A program made the position numbers and the translations under genes. Positions 19,619-20,000 of a stretch of DNA of 20,000 nucleotides are shown here, in pieces. The stretch comes from Chiloscyllium plagiosum (taxonomy: Eukaryota), in assembly GCF_004010195.1 (NCBI RefSeq), contig NC_057719.1, forward strand, positions 81,809,630 through 81,829,629, written 5' to 3'. The number at the start of each line of letters is the position of its first letter. The first letter of the stretch is position 1. The notes under the pieces were generated by a model. That model saw only the letters and a list, made by a program, of their open reading frames with translations, was not told the DNA's origin and did no database searches.

Positions 19619-20000
19619 AGAACATAGAACATAGAACAATACAGCTCAGAACAGGCGCTTCGGCCCACGATGTTGAGCCGAACATTTGTCCTAGCTTAAG
19701 CACCCATCCATGTACCTATCCAATTGCCGCTTAAAGGTCACCAAAGATTCTGACTCTACCACTCCCACAGGCAGCGCATTCCATGCCTCCACCACTCTCT
19801 GGGTAAAGAACCCACCCCTGACATCTCCCCTATACCTTCCACCCTTCACCTTAAATTTATGTCCCCTTGTAACACTCTGTTGCACCCAGGGAAAACGTTT
19901 CTGACTGTCTACTCTATCTATTCCTCTGATCATCTTATAAACCTCGATCAAGTCACCCCTCATCCTTCGCCGTTCCAACGAGAAAAAGCCTAGCACTCTC
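19619..20000 (-). mobile_element. Young CR1 3' end, continuing beyond the window
   Basis: Uninterrupted frame LGFFSLERRRMRGDLIEVYK...WNALP...LDRYMDGCLS* (19691-19996); (AGAACAT)n tail. Confidence 0.97.

Overview
Repeat-dense, essentially non-genic vertebrate DNA, almost certainly from a cartilaginous fish (inferred from HE1-type SINEs and HER1/CR1-type LINEs). No host protein-coding gene can be identified; nearly every ORF is a decayed retroelement fragment. Contents: a 3.4-kb CR1 LINE (ORF1 esterase end, APE endonuclease, RT), several shorter CR1, Rex1/Babar and L2/CR1-type pieces, several tRNA-derived SINE families, a solo LTR, a decayed Gmr1-like Gypsy element, and Penelope-like (PLE) material. 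The most interesting signal is six minimal hammerhead-ribozyme motifs from three PLE-type families, with different but self-complementary stem II sequences. One 2.1-kb PLE insertion (1867-3954) carries inverted, ribozyme-bearing pseudo-LTRs of unequal length and is bounded by a perfect 12-bp target-site duplication; a 164-bp insertion (18524-18687) shows the same inverted architecture in miniature. A CR1 copy with a twin-priming-type 5' inversion is also present. All family names are from recognition by eye and were not checked against a database.
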